Assembly (NCBI GenBank): GCA_008632985.1
Contig: QPGO01000007.1
Span: 62,001 to 126,000 of the forward strand
Origin: Psammoneis japonica
Lineage: Eukaryota
Reading direction: 5' to 3'
Length of the DNA stretch: 64,000 nucleotides
Shown: piece after piece, positions 12,018 through 22,920 of the stretch
Numbering within the stretch: the first letter of the stretch is position 1
Layout of the letters: each line of letters starts with the position of its first letter
Made by a program: the position numbers and the translations under genes
Notes under the pieces: model-generated
Database searches by the model: none
Told to the model about the DNA's origin: nothing
The model's input: only the letters and a program-made list of their open reading frames with translations

Positions 12018-15000
12018 CTCCCCAGTTTGCTTGAGGAGCCACAGAAACAGATTCGACTTTGGATGGAATGAAGTTCCAGAACATGAGGGGGCGGAGAAGG
12101 TCCCAGATTTGGGAGCAACCCCAATGCTTGCTGAGAATGTCAGCAGGGTTGCGGGAGCCTTCGATGAAGTGGAACTCAAGGCAACCAGAGGCAATTGCCT
12201 CACGCACACGGTGGAACGACAGTGCGGTGTGTCGCTTGTGCAACTTGGAGTGCGGGATGGTGGCACTGTCTACAACCGACTTGTTGTCACCGAACATGTG
12301 ACTGACGTTGCGGATCGGGACGCCAAGGTGGCGCAGGGTGATGCGCAGGTCGACAATCTGCTCAACACAATTCCTTGCGGCAACAAATTCAGATCCGCAG
12401 GTTGCAGTCTCCATGGTGGCTTGTTTCTTGGAGAACCAATCAGCCGGGAATTTGTTGAGGAAGTGGAGCATTCCCATGACAGAGCGTCCGGTGAGCATGC
12501 AATGGTGCAAGTTTGCATCGACGTAGTGGGTGGCAGTGACGAACTTGCCAAGGGGCGGTGGAGCGTCCTTCGGGATCATCTCTTCTGCTTCACCATGCAC
12601 GGAGTGCATCCATTCATGGGCTGGAGCAGGGAGATCCGAATGGTCGGGCTCTTCCGTGCGAACGCGGAGAGCACCGTGTCACATCTTGGAGAGGCACCCA
12701 CAGATGCGTTTGGCACGATCCAAGTGGCCTTGACGGGGCGCAGCTCGGAAGCCAGAGAGTGACATGACAGCCGTGGTGATGTCAATTCGACCAGGGACAC
12801 TGCCCATTGGAGTGAACCAACAAGAGACTGGAACTTGTGAATGCCATCGGGTCCCAGCAGTTCGGAAGTGTCCAGTTCGGGGTGGTCACCCTTCTCCAGA
12901 GGTGACAGGGCGTTGGTGGCAGGTTTCTCCCCAAACAGTCGGGCGCAGCTGTCGACCATGCGCTCGATGTACTTGCGCGGAGACAGGCACAAGGTTCCGT
13001 CGGGGTCCGGGAAAAGTCGCAACCCAGATGGAACTCAATGGGTCCCGTGCCCTTGAGCTTGAACTTGTGCTTTTCCATGAGAGTGTCGACGAAAGATTGA
13101 GGGTCCTTCATGGCAATGGCGAGGTCATCCACATAAACGGCAATGCATTCACAGTGGTCGCCGTTCCTGCGCATCCAAATGTCGGGCTCGGCGCGGCAGG
13201 GGAAGAAGCCTTCAGCTCACAGGCAGTCGGCGAAGCGCTCGTGCCAGCGGAGACCGGAGCTGTGCAGTCCACACAGTGCCTTGTGGATGACAAGGATGTG
13301 TCCTTCGAGTTTGCCAAATTCGGGTCCAGCTACAATGTAAAGCTTCTCCTTGGTGGTGGCCTCAAGGCAGGCATTGCCAATGTCGGTGGCCCATGTCTCC
13401 AGCTCGTTGAGTTCGGCCAGGAAAATCATCAGCCGAAGGCCACGGAGGGAGACTGCTCCGGAGTAGACACTGTCGACAGGTGCGTCCGTGAGGTGCCCGT
13501 CGGCTACGAGTCGTGCCTTGTGGCGACCGTCGTGTTTCACGTCGCACACCAGGTGCACTCGGATCTTCTTGTGTCCCGCAGGAGGAGTGGAAGACTTGAA
13601 GGGCCCGCAGTCATGGAAGACTTCGTATTCGTCGAGTTGGTCCATCTCGAGATTAGTTGCGTCTCCCCACTTGCGGTTGCCGTTGCGTTCGTCTAGTGAC
13701 ATGGCGTGTTTGTAGTTCCGGGGAACTTCGCATCCGCACTTGCAGCGAGGTGCAGTGCGGAAGGAGCGAAGCTTGGCTTGGTTGGCCATGCGAAATAGCT
13801 TCTTTTGGCGCCTCGCGACAGTGCGGAACCGCTTCCAGCCATCCGTGTCGAGGAGTCCGTTCTCTCGTGCATAGATGGCACAGGTGATGGGGTCGTCCTT
13901 GGCGATGATGGCAAGAGGCTCGGACGTGATCTCCCCACTTTCCCATTCAAGCATGATGTTGTAGCTTGAGCCTTTCCAGGTTGGGTCGTGAGGCTTCAGA
14001 GGTCCTTCGTGTGACACGATGCGTCGAAATTTCCAGACAGTGGTGTCTTCGTCGTCTTGCTCAATGTGATTCATGATGTCATTGCAGGCAAGGACTTCCT
14101 CGTATTCGTCATTGTTGACAGAGCAGACGAACTTAGTGAGCTCGGGATTGCCGTTCACTTTCCATTCATGGTCTTCGACGGCCTTGACGATGCGAGCTCT
14201 GTGGCGTTGTCCGTCCTCTTGTGGCTGCATGAGGAAGGTGCGTCCAATGATGTCTTGCGGATCGAAAACTGGCATCTTGGGTGTCCTGATCTCCCCATCA
14301 GGAGAATCGACGGGGTTGTCGTCATGGCGAGATTTGATGATGGGTTCAGGTGGCTCCCCATCAGGAGGATCAAGACGCAGGTTTCGAACGGCAGGATCGG
14401 GGTTAGCGGAGCGAACGTTGGACCGGCAGAGGATCTTTTGAGTCTCGTCAGATGGGATCTTGAAGGTCATCTGGTGGCCGACGTGCTCAGCAATGCCAAC
14501 GAAGCGTCCACGCAACTCACGGGATTCGGACGGCCAATCGGAGTCATCGAGGTGGAAGCACACTGGTTCCCACCAGTGAAAGCGAAGCAATGGGCTGATG
14601 TCCGGGGTGGATCCAGTGAGAGTCTCGAGGGGCGTGCGCCAGTGGAGACGTGGGGACGCTGTGTGGTTGAGCATGAAGCACACGCACATGAGCGCCAGCA
14701 GCCATGTGTGGGCGGGCGAACCAAAACGGTCCATGACAGTGTTCGCCATGCGCTTCACGGTCTGGTGTCGACGCTCGGCAAAGTTTTGGTGTTGCTGGTG
14801 AGGCTCACTTTGCCAGCTGGAGATGAAGAGGGCGCGAGGATCCCGAGCACTTTGTTGCTGATCTCAACTTGAGCACGGTCGCTAATGAGTTTGGATGGGG
14901 CACCACGTTCACGGATCTGATCCTCGAGTGTGTTGACAAACTCTTTGTCCGTCTCAGTGCCGCAGACGTCAGTGACGGTAGACTCGGTGCCAACAAACAG

Positions 15001-17625
15001 TTGGGCGCTGGTGCAACCAGAGTCGACGGCCGGGGTGTCGGCATGAACGGTGTCAGTGGCGATGGGCTCGTTGCGGCGGTGCACATTAAGGGCGGGGTTG
15101 GGTGATTTGTGGGCCTTGCGAAGGTGTGCACCGGCGGGCATGCGGGCGCACTGCGTGGTGCAGTCAAAAGTGCGACGGACCGCATCGGCAGGCAGGAAGC
15201 CGAAGCAAGGCCGAAGAGACTCGAAGGGGGGGTCCTTGGGCTGTACAGTGCGCTCCGGAGGTGGAACGTCATCGCCCTGGGGGCCAATCGCATGCAGATG
15301 ACACTCGTAGAACACGTCGTCATTCGGAATGAGGTGATCATCGAGGGCGGACGCGTGATCAGCAGACAAGGAAGCGGACAAGATGGTCTCGTTGACAACG
15401 ACACGGTGACGGCAGTTGCCGCATTCGTCAAACAGGTTGGCAGTGGGATCGTCCTGCAGGTCAGAGATCGCGTCGTGCCACTGGTCGTCGTCAGTGACAG
15501 AGTGATCGAGGACGGAAGGGTCCCATGTGTCATCACCGGTGAGGATGACATGGGGCAGGGTGTCCCATTCGACGTCAGTGCAAGGGCGCATGGCAACATG
15601 AGGCAGGCCAGCCTTGATGTCAATGGGGATGACACAGCCATCAGGAGTGGCAATGCGTTGCAAGCCGTTGGGCACCTTGACAGAGCGATCGTTGACATCC
15701 TGTTTGTGCCATTCGAGCTGGCCGCAGGAGTGGATGGTCTTGCCCTTGCCCGTGCACGTGTGCTGATGGAGGATGGCGATGACGGGACCACGCTGGGTCT
15801 CAATGATGGCACCAGCGGTGACAATGGGGATGTCCACCAATTGATGATTGTCAATGCCCTGAACGTCGACTTGGCAAGAGGTGCGTGCAATGACGCGAAC
15901 ATCGTCGCCAGCAATGCCGCCGTTGGCCCCACGGTCGACTAGAGCGCCAGTGCGTGTGGAGCGATGAGCAGAGGCAGAGCAAATGACATTGTGGTTGTTG
16001 ACGCGGCGGCAAGTGCGGCCGTTAAGTTCCATGTCATCTGCAGAAGCTGGCAGGGTAGAGGAAGCGGCGGATGGCCCCGGTCGACTGGCATTGGGGGCTT
16101 GGCCAGGAGACAACAGACGTTGCAGATCACCGGGTGGCAGTGGCTTGCGCTTGGTGAGGTGCGCCAGGATGGGATTGTCCGAAGTGGCGTCCACATGTGG
16201 AGCAGAGTCACCACAGTCAGCGGGAGTCGTGTTGGACAAGTTGACATCACCGTCACTCCCAAGGTGTTGGTCGTGAAGGTTGGCCGCAACAGACTCATGC
16301 CAGTTGCTGGCTCGCGGGTTGCGGGGAGGCGGACGAGAATGCTCAAGGATGATCGCCTTGGAGGAATCGGGCAACGAATCCCAGAGCCGTTGGTGGTCGG
16401 GAGGGAGACGTCTCCATTGGACACCGGTGAGGCTGGGACCGCGGGTGCAGGCAGCATTGGCTTGAAGGACGTCAACGTCGCTGTCAATGTCGTAGAACAC
16501 ATCGTCGGACAGGTCCTGGACGTCGTGTGCGCATGTGGCGCGTCGGGGAGCTCGAGGTGTCGTCTTGGGTTGAAACGTGCTGTCGCACTGAGCTGCCGCG
16601 GAGAGGAGCAAGCCACAGCATTGATCGCATGTGAGGCTCTTGCCACTCTGCGTGCGATGCTGATCAGCTTGGTTCTTGACAGCACGGAGTTCCTCGACAG
16701 GGTGCACGGCATTCTTGAGCATGACGCGCTTCTGTCCTTCAGAGAAGTGGTCGCTGGCGGGGATGAGTGCCTCGCACTTGCGCAACTGATCTTGCCAATG
16801 AAGGATGAACCCGTGGGTCGGACCTTTCCAAGTGCCATCACCAAGACGTGCGGTGGTGAGGTGCGTGAGCAGGGTGGAGGACTCGACAGATGCGCGGGTG
16901 GAGGCAAGCGCGCACTCAGACAAGGAGCGGCAGACGGTCTGTGCGTCAGAAGACCCCACATTTTCACGAATGAGAGCCTTGCCCTTGTCGGTGAGAAGGA
17001 TGCGTTCGAAGACGGCGAACATGTGCTTTTGCTGTTCAGCAAAGAGCAGTTTGTCTTCGGGGCTGGTCGGTTTGTACGACGAGTCTAGAATGCACTCGAC
17101 GTCTTGGGCACGGGCTTGTGCCACAAGTGAGGTGTGCCAAGTGTGCTGCTGCTTGTCAGATTTGAGAGCCGTGAAAGCGGTGGGATCACGCTTGATGCCT
17201 CGCTTGAAGTCTCGCACCGGGTCGCGTGCCTTGGTCGGGTTGGTGACATGTGGAGGTGCAAGGGGTGAGCTGCCGATGGACACAGAGGACATGTGGTCCG
17301 GGCTGAGGCGGCAGGCAAGGAACTCGTCATGCGTGAACAAAGAGGAGTCGTTGGCAACGTCAAGACCTTTGTGTGCTTTGACAATGTACAGACCAGCTGG
17401 TGCTGCCAACATGTTCTTACAACCACGAGGCAAAGGGATTGCATCAGTGCCGTTGTCGTGCTCAAGCGAGTCGATTTGGGACGGTGTGAACGTGAACAGT
17501 TCCTGACACGAGTCCATGCCGTCTTGGGCCAAAGCCAAACGAAGAGGACTCCCAGCACCTTGGGCAAGCACGGTTCCAACAACGTGCTCGAAACCATTGA
17601 TTTGTTGCTGACGAGTGAGAACCAT
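11965..17625 (-). pseudogene. Copia gag-pol polyprotein, copy 2; 1-bp deletions (~14836, ~13007, ~12792), nonsense codons and Tyr->Cys/His changes
   Basis: Same domains as copy 1, split over ORFs 14755-17655, 13217-14758, 12782-13174, 12576-13022 and 11965-12609. Confidence 0.9.
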
Positions 17626-18567
17626 GGCAGACAAAAGTGGTGTCAGGACAATCAATTCTGGTTGGAAAGCGAAGGTAGACTCGAAACTTGGGTGACAACA
17701 GACTTGACTTGAAATGGACTTGACTTGAAATCTTGAACTGTCTTGAAATCAGAAGTCGCCGGGCTTTGTCACCCCGTTCGTTGTTGAGTGCTAAACTTCC
17801 TGTCCGGTCCGTAGAGTTGTGCCGGCACGTCCGAACCCGCAGCTGGCGGCGCTTTGGGTTGCTCACGAGCGGAGCAGCGGGTTGTAAACCCCTGCAGGTA
17901 AGCTGACCCAGAGGTGGACAAGACCCCCGAGCCGTTCTCATTTTATGTCGGTTGGATTTCCCGATCAGGCTGGCCAGTTGACGCAGGCGTTGGGCGCTGT
18001 GGACGAACGAACAAACGCGGGAAAGCACCCTCGCCCCAACGCAGGCTGCAATCACGGCTGCTTGCTCTCACAGTCATCCTCGTGGACCTGGCAGAACTGT
18101 GGAGCACCAGCAGACCGGGGTAGATCAGGTGCAATGGACTCGGTGTGCTTGCAGAGTGGCAGCAAAACCGCAGTCCGAAGAGTGGGTGCAGGTTCTTGGC
18201 CGTGAAGATGTGCGCATGTGTGCACATGTCTTCAGCGACGAAGATCCTTGAATGTGCAGGGTTCTTGACCGTTGGCCGATGAACGGGTGTGTCAAGGGAT
18301 GAGGATCAAGGACAGACTTGGATGTGACCGTTGAATGCATGTCTTCAGCGATCAAAGGTGGTGTGATCAATCCAGATGTCCAGCGGTAAGGAGACTTGAC
18401 GGTGACGTTAACTTCCTGCCGATGCCCTGGCCATTGAATGCGCGTAGACTTGCCGATGTATGTAGAACATATACGGAGGTCCACGTAGAATTGAAACAGC
18501 GTCGTTGGTAAATCAACGACGACGATGGCGGTTGCTCAATGGGTTGACAATGAGCAAGACTGTAATC

Positions 18568-18843
18568 TGACAGAAATTGAAGGCAAATGGCAAGAATTCA
18601 AACAATAACTCCTTACTGCTGTCTAAATAGCAGATGAGTCTCCGCTCAGAGACCGTTACAGGAGCCGAAAGACGTGTAAGTCGGTATAATCGGGCTACTG
18701 TTATTATTCTTGTGAGCCTTGTGGCTCGAAAGCAAACTACATCGCGCGCGAACGCGCGGAACTAAAGCACACAAAACTGTGCGCGGTAAACTAAACAGCG
18801 CGCGATACTTCGCGCGCATCCAAATCCTGTTCAAATCCTGTCA
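18568..18843 (-). repeat. 5' LTR of copia copy 2
   Basis: 276-bp direct repeat; retains 16 of the 17 TpA sites seen across the four LTRs. Confidence 0.95.
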
Positions 18844-19065
18844 TCGTAAGATGAGTTGGCAAGGATGGAGGTTGCTGCTTGCTGCTGATGTTCATGGCAG
18901 AGGCGACGAGTCAGGCCAGGAAGAGTGGCCGATTTAACCAGGGCAGCCAAGGAAGAAGAGGAAAGGGTAGAGGCGGAAGCCAGAACGGGAGCATAACGGC
19001 GGAAGAGCGTATAGAGTCGTAGGGAAGAGCGAGGGTTGGACCAGGAAGATGGGGAGAGCCGAAAT
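18844..19065 (-). mobile_element. CRE-like non-LTR retrotransposon, 5'-most (truncated) fragment
   Basis: ...AATSILANSSY|DVQSSLPSLLSP reads through the TCGTA TSD into the middle fragment. No RT domain is present. The 5' boundary is approximate. Confidence 0.65.
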
Positions 19066-19526
19066 TTCGCTGTTGCACGTACGACGTACGTGCGGCATGC
19101 TGGCAGTCGTCGTAATCGTCTGCTCTCATTCTCTGGTAGGTACAGTACAGTACGGCCGCCCGGTACATACAGTGGGTTTCTGTAGGGCCCTACTCTCTCC
19201 ACTACTACGGTAGCTAGCCAGCTATCTGCGGCGCGGGCTGGTGCCTTTTGTATGGAAAAAACGCGTGGAACCATGCGGAGACGTTTTTTCCTGCAACTCC
19301 CTGTGGATTGAGCTGTCTTATCCCGGTTCAGGTCTCATCAGAAAGAGTGCACTATCAAACATTATGTGTACCGTAGATCTCTATGTATGGAAACACGATA
19401 TCTACAGTAAGAAAATTCGCAAAATTATAAAGGACCGATCGATAGCCCGCTGAGCCAAGAATTCTAGAGGGCATCAATACAAGTCTCACTGATACAAACT
19501 CGATCTTGTCTCTAGCACCATAGTCC

Positions 19527-20051
19527 TTACTCCTCATAATAAGTCAGCTCCCAACCACCAACAGCTTTTGAACTACCTTTCAAATTCCTCCTATCTGCAT
19601 CATCAATATCCCAAGAATAATCGCCTCCCCCAATGTTTTGGCGTAGCTTCACAATGATGTTGTTGCCAATGCGATGTGGACTCCCCTGAACAATCAGGGC
19701 GTAATCCGGAAAGGCTTCGGGGCGAATATCGTCTGCAATCGTGTAGGTTTGAAGAGCTTTTTTCAAAGAACTGTTTTTGCAATCCAAGACCCGCATCTGA
19801 GTTCCCTCCTCCAGAACCGAGCCATACCCCACCATGAGGCACTTGTTTCGGTTGGAATTCAAACGAATCCTGCCATCGCTATCCAGATACCATTTGATGT
19901 CAGACTCGTTGCAACCAACGTATTTTGCCCTATTGCCACGAGCACCAATGCAGCCCCGAGGACTGTAATACGCAATGGTGACAATGTCACCCGCGTTGAC
20001 TACTGCGCAAGCAGAAAAGAGGGCGACCGCAACAGAAAGTGTTATCTTCAT
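19527..20051 (-). CDS. Secreted ricin-B (beta-trefoil) lectin-like protein
   Basis: Signal peptide MKITLSVAVALFSACAVVNA, then the pattern C...KW..DSDGRIRL..N.NKCLMV......G....VLDC. Confidence 0.65.
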   Translation of the reverse strand: MKITLSVAVALFSACAVVNAGDIVTIAYYSPRGCIGARGNRAKYVGCNESDIKWYLDSDGRIRLNSNRNKCLMVGYGSVLEEGTQMRVLDCKNSSLKKALQTYTIADDIRPEAFPDYALIVQGSPHRIGNNIIVKLRQNIGGGDYSWDIDDADRRNLKGSSKAVGGWELTYYEE

Positions 20052-20949
20052 CGTCTTGGTTCCGTGCTGTGTGTGTTGTACAAGGTTGTTTTGTTTACAT
20101 GTTGATTTTTTGTGTGCCGTTTCGGGCGAAAAGGGGCACCGTTGTAAACAAGACACGGCTTCGCACTTTTCGAATGAGTTCGCATTTCCTTAAATCAGCC
20201 TTTCTGCATGCGTTATGTATTGAAAAGCAATCGTGTTGTCCGATACACTCGAGACACACCGATGGACGCTCCAGAATATTATGATCCCGCGATGCTCAGT
20301 CGTGAGGAACATTCTTTGGGAATAAACCTGATGCCGGCATCACTCCGAGGTGAACGCGACGTGACACCACACCCCGGCTTCGGGTTGGATGAACGACGAA
20401 CATCTTCGCGTGGGGCTTCAGGGCGGGGTGCAATCCATCACGAACGAGAACCACGATCTACCACAGATTGCCATGACACAGGTTTGTTCTAAGCTTGTGG
20501 TGTCTGCCATTTGAACAATACCGTGATTTGCAAGGTGCGTATGGCAGTGTATGTTTCGGAAGCAATTGTCTGAAACGCCGACATTGTGCCGAGTGCCGAT
20601 GAATGAACTCTGGTTGCAGCAGCGTTGTGCGTGGCGGGCGTCGCGTGTTCCCTGGAGGTTTCCGTTTGGCAGTCTAATGGCAGGTTGATGAGTTGATGAG
20701 CTCTCTACTCAAGAGCAGGGCTGTGCCGTGCGACTGCTCTCTAGAGAGCAAAGAGCAACCACTCTCTAGCTAGGGCACTGCACCTTGAACCTTGGGCTGC
20801 GGGAGGGAACAATGCTGCACAATGCACAGAACACTGTGACGCTCGTCATTTTGATCGTTGCTTGCACTTGCTGCGTCTACAAGAGGTTCTAAGCATCTCA
20901 GGGAAATGACGGGACACACGCCATGTATCTACTTCGATGTTCAAGTATC

Positions 20950-22575
20950 TTAAAAACTAGCCTTTAGACTACCTGCATCAACCTTGCGCTTTCCAGTTGG
21001 CCTTTCTGTGTCCCCTTCACTGTCCGTAGATCTGGACGGGGTAAAGGGTACATCGGGCGGTTTTAACGATCGCGCCGACGAACGCTTGTAGCTTCTGAGA
21101 CCTTCTCTACTGAGTTGAGCGTGAGGCCACAAATCTGGTCGACTTACAGATTGCCTACGCACCATGAAACTCCGCCCACTTGATGTGGATTCAGAACTCC
21201 CGTGATCAGCTCGATTGTAAAACAACATGTACGCAGTCGAATTCCGTGCCACCGTCTTTTCCGAGACTACCAAACTTACAGAGGAATCATTGAATTCGTA
21301 CCAGTTCTCATCAAATCGATTGAGCGCATGCGCTGTGTAATGACCACCCCCCAGTCCTCCCATGTGATTGGAAACAGCATACAAATCGTAGACAGAGTTG
21401 GCGGCAGCTTTGCTTCTGACCGAATCCGACAAGTCCCAGTCCACGACGGGATAGTGCATCTCCGCCGAGTTTTTGGACCCAACCTTACCGTACTCATCGT
21501 ACTTGAAACGCTTCAAATGGCAAATGAGAATTGGAGGAAGAATCCACAAATCCGTCTTTTTCGTAGCGTCCACGTGCTTTTTACACTTTTCACAGTACCA
21601 CTGATCGTCCCCCGTCAGCGTATCCCGAGACAAGTACAAATCCAAACAATCCTGCAATGTTCGACACGAGTCCGTCACGGGAAGCGACAGGTACATGAAT
21701 GTTTCAAACCGAATATTTTGATGTTTGCATGTAAGACATTGACACGTGTTTCGAAATTGTCCCTGGAACAAATCCACCACTATTGATTTGTTGCGAAGCA
21801 AGTAATTCTTCCACGCTTCAATCGCATCCGCTTCGTCGTTTGTGCCGTCGCAGTCGTGATCCTCAATGTAGGGTCGATTTTTGACGCGATTCAAGTCCTC
21901 GTGTATCCCATCCAACAAGAAACCCAAGAGCTCTTGAGCGTCGTGTTGACGATTCCCTCGAAACTGTGGAGCAAAACGAGATATTTTTGATTTAAAAGTT
22001 GATGGAGATATCGTCTGACTCTTTCCAAGCCACATGTTCTTTATAAGGTGTGCATATTCTGTAACAAGTTGTCCCCCCGTACCCAAGAAATTGTCCTTGT
22101 TGATTTCTTTTCTATAGTCATAGCTTTCAGAAAGCAAAAGATAAACGTTCCGAGCGTCAGGTATTATACGTGAGTTTCTCATTTCCTCTGCCATAGCTGA
22201 ACAACTCCAAAAAGTTTTAAATTTTTGCATAAGCACTCACCCCAAGAAGTAATCTGTCAGTGGAATTGTATTGCTCAAGCACTGGAGACTGCTATTCATA
22301 AAGCACGTGTTTCCGAGATTCCTCAATCCCACCACTCCCAACGGCTTGCTACTGTGCTTTTTGTTGCCTTTTGCTTTTTCAAAGTTTTGAATCGTAGCGT
22401 GATGAACATCGTCATAGGTCGATGTCCGCATACCGGCTGTTCCAACACGAATCAAGGACGCCTTTTGATCGCTTGGAACGTCCTTCAGACTGGGTCGTCG
22501 TCGTTCTTCTGCCTCCTCGCCGTCCATTAGATCACGTCGTCGTCTTGCTCCCAGCTTGCAATTAAAAGAACCCAT
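20950..22575 (-). CDS. Ubiquitin-specific protease (peptidase C19, USP2/USP8-like), 2 exons, intron 22124-22240
   Basis: [18 protein letters not shown]ys box, [21 protein letters not shown]...GGHYTA His box. A GT-AG intron joins FLG|YDY. Confidence 0.95.
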
Positions 22576-22920
22576 TCACTAACTAAGTGTCTGTAATCTA
22601 CAAAGCTTCAACTATAGACGCGAGTAGAGTGGAGAATAATGGGAAAGATGTAATGGAAACAGGCGCGAAAGATGATTCAACGATGCGGCGGTCGTCAGAG
22701 GGGGGTCATCATCGTGACAGAGAAAACTGGTCCCCGCAACACGCACGAACCATTATCTCCGGGTGTCTTTCATATCTGGGTCATTAAATACGTGGAATTC
22801 AGTATTCAAAGTGTCTTTTCTACGTCTTATACGTAGGACAATACGGGATTTGATTTCTACTGGTGATGAGAAGACAACGCGGCTCTTCGTGGTGCCCATA
22901 ATTTTTTCTCAGGGTTGACA

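Larger units (their letters stand above)
11742..18843 (-). mobile_element. Ty1/copia LTR retrotransposon (CoDi-like), copy 2, full length, TSD TCG(T/C)A
   Basis: LTRs at 11742-12017 and 18568-18843. Flanks TCGCA (11737-11741) and TCGTA (18844-18848). Collinear and near-identical to copy 1. Confidence 0.97.

Noticed and set aside
12780..14840. Programmed frameshifts in copia copy 2
   Set aside because: They are single-base deletions absent from copy 1, so they reflect decay or sequencing error.
5578..17712. Many long antisense and alternative-frame ORFs over the TEs as real genes
   Set aside because: They are an expected by-product of losing TAA/TAG stops through TpA depletion, and show no recognisable domains.
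4290..18843. Classical RIP or CpG decay (CG->TG/CA->TA) as the cause of the TA/TG/CA polymorphisms
   Set aside because: Conserved protein motifs require TAY (Tyr) as the ancestral state, CG is essentially never seen at the variable LTR sites, and CpGs elsewhere are largely intact.
4290..18843. Tandem duplication or assembly duplication of one copia element
   Set aside because: The copies have different TSDs, a unique CRE sequence between them, and independent mutation outcomes.
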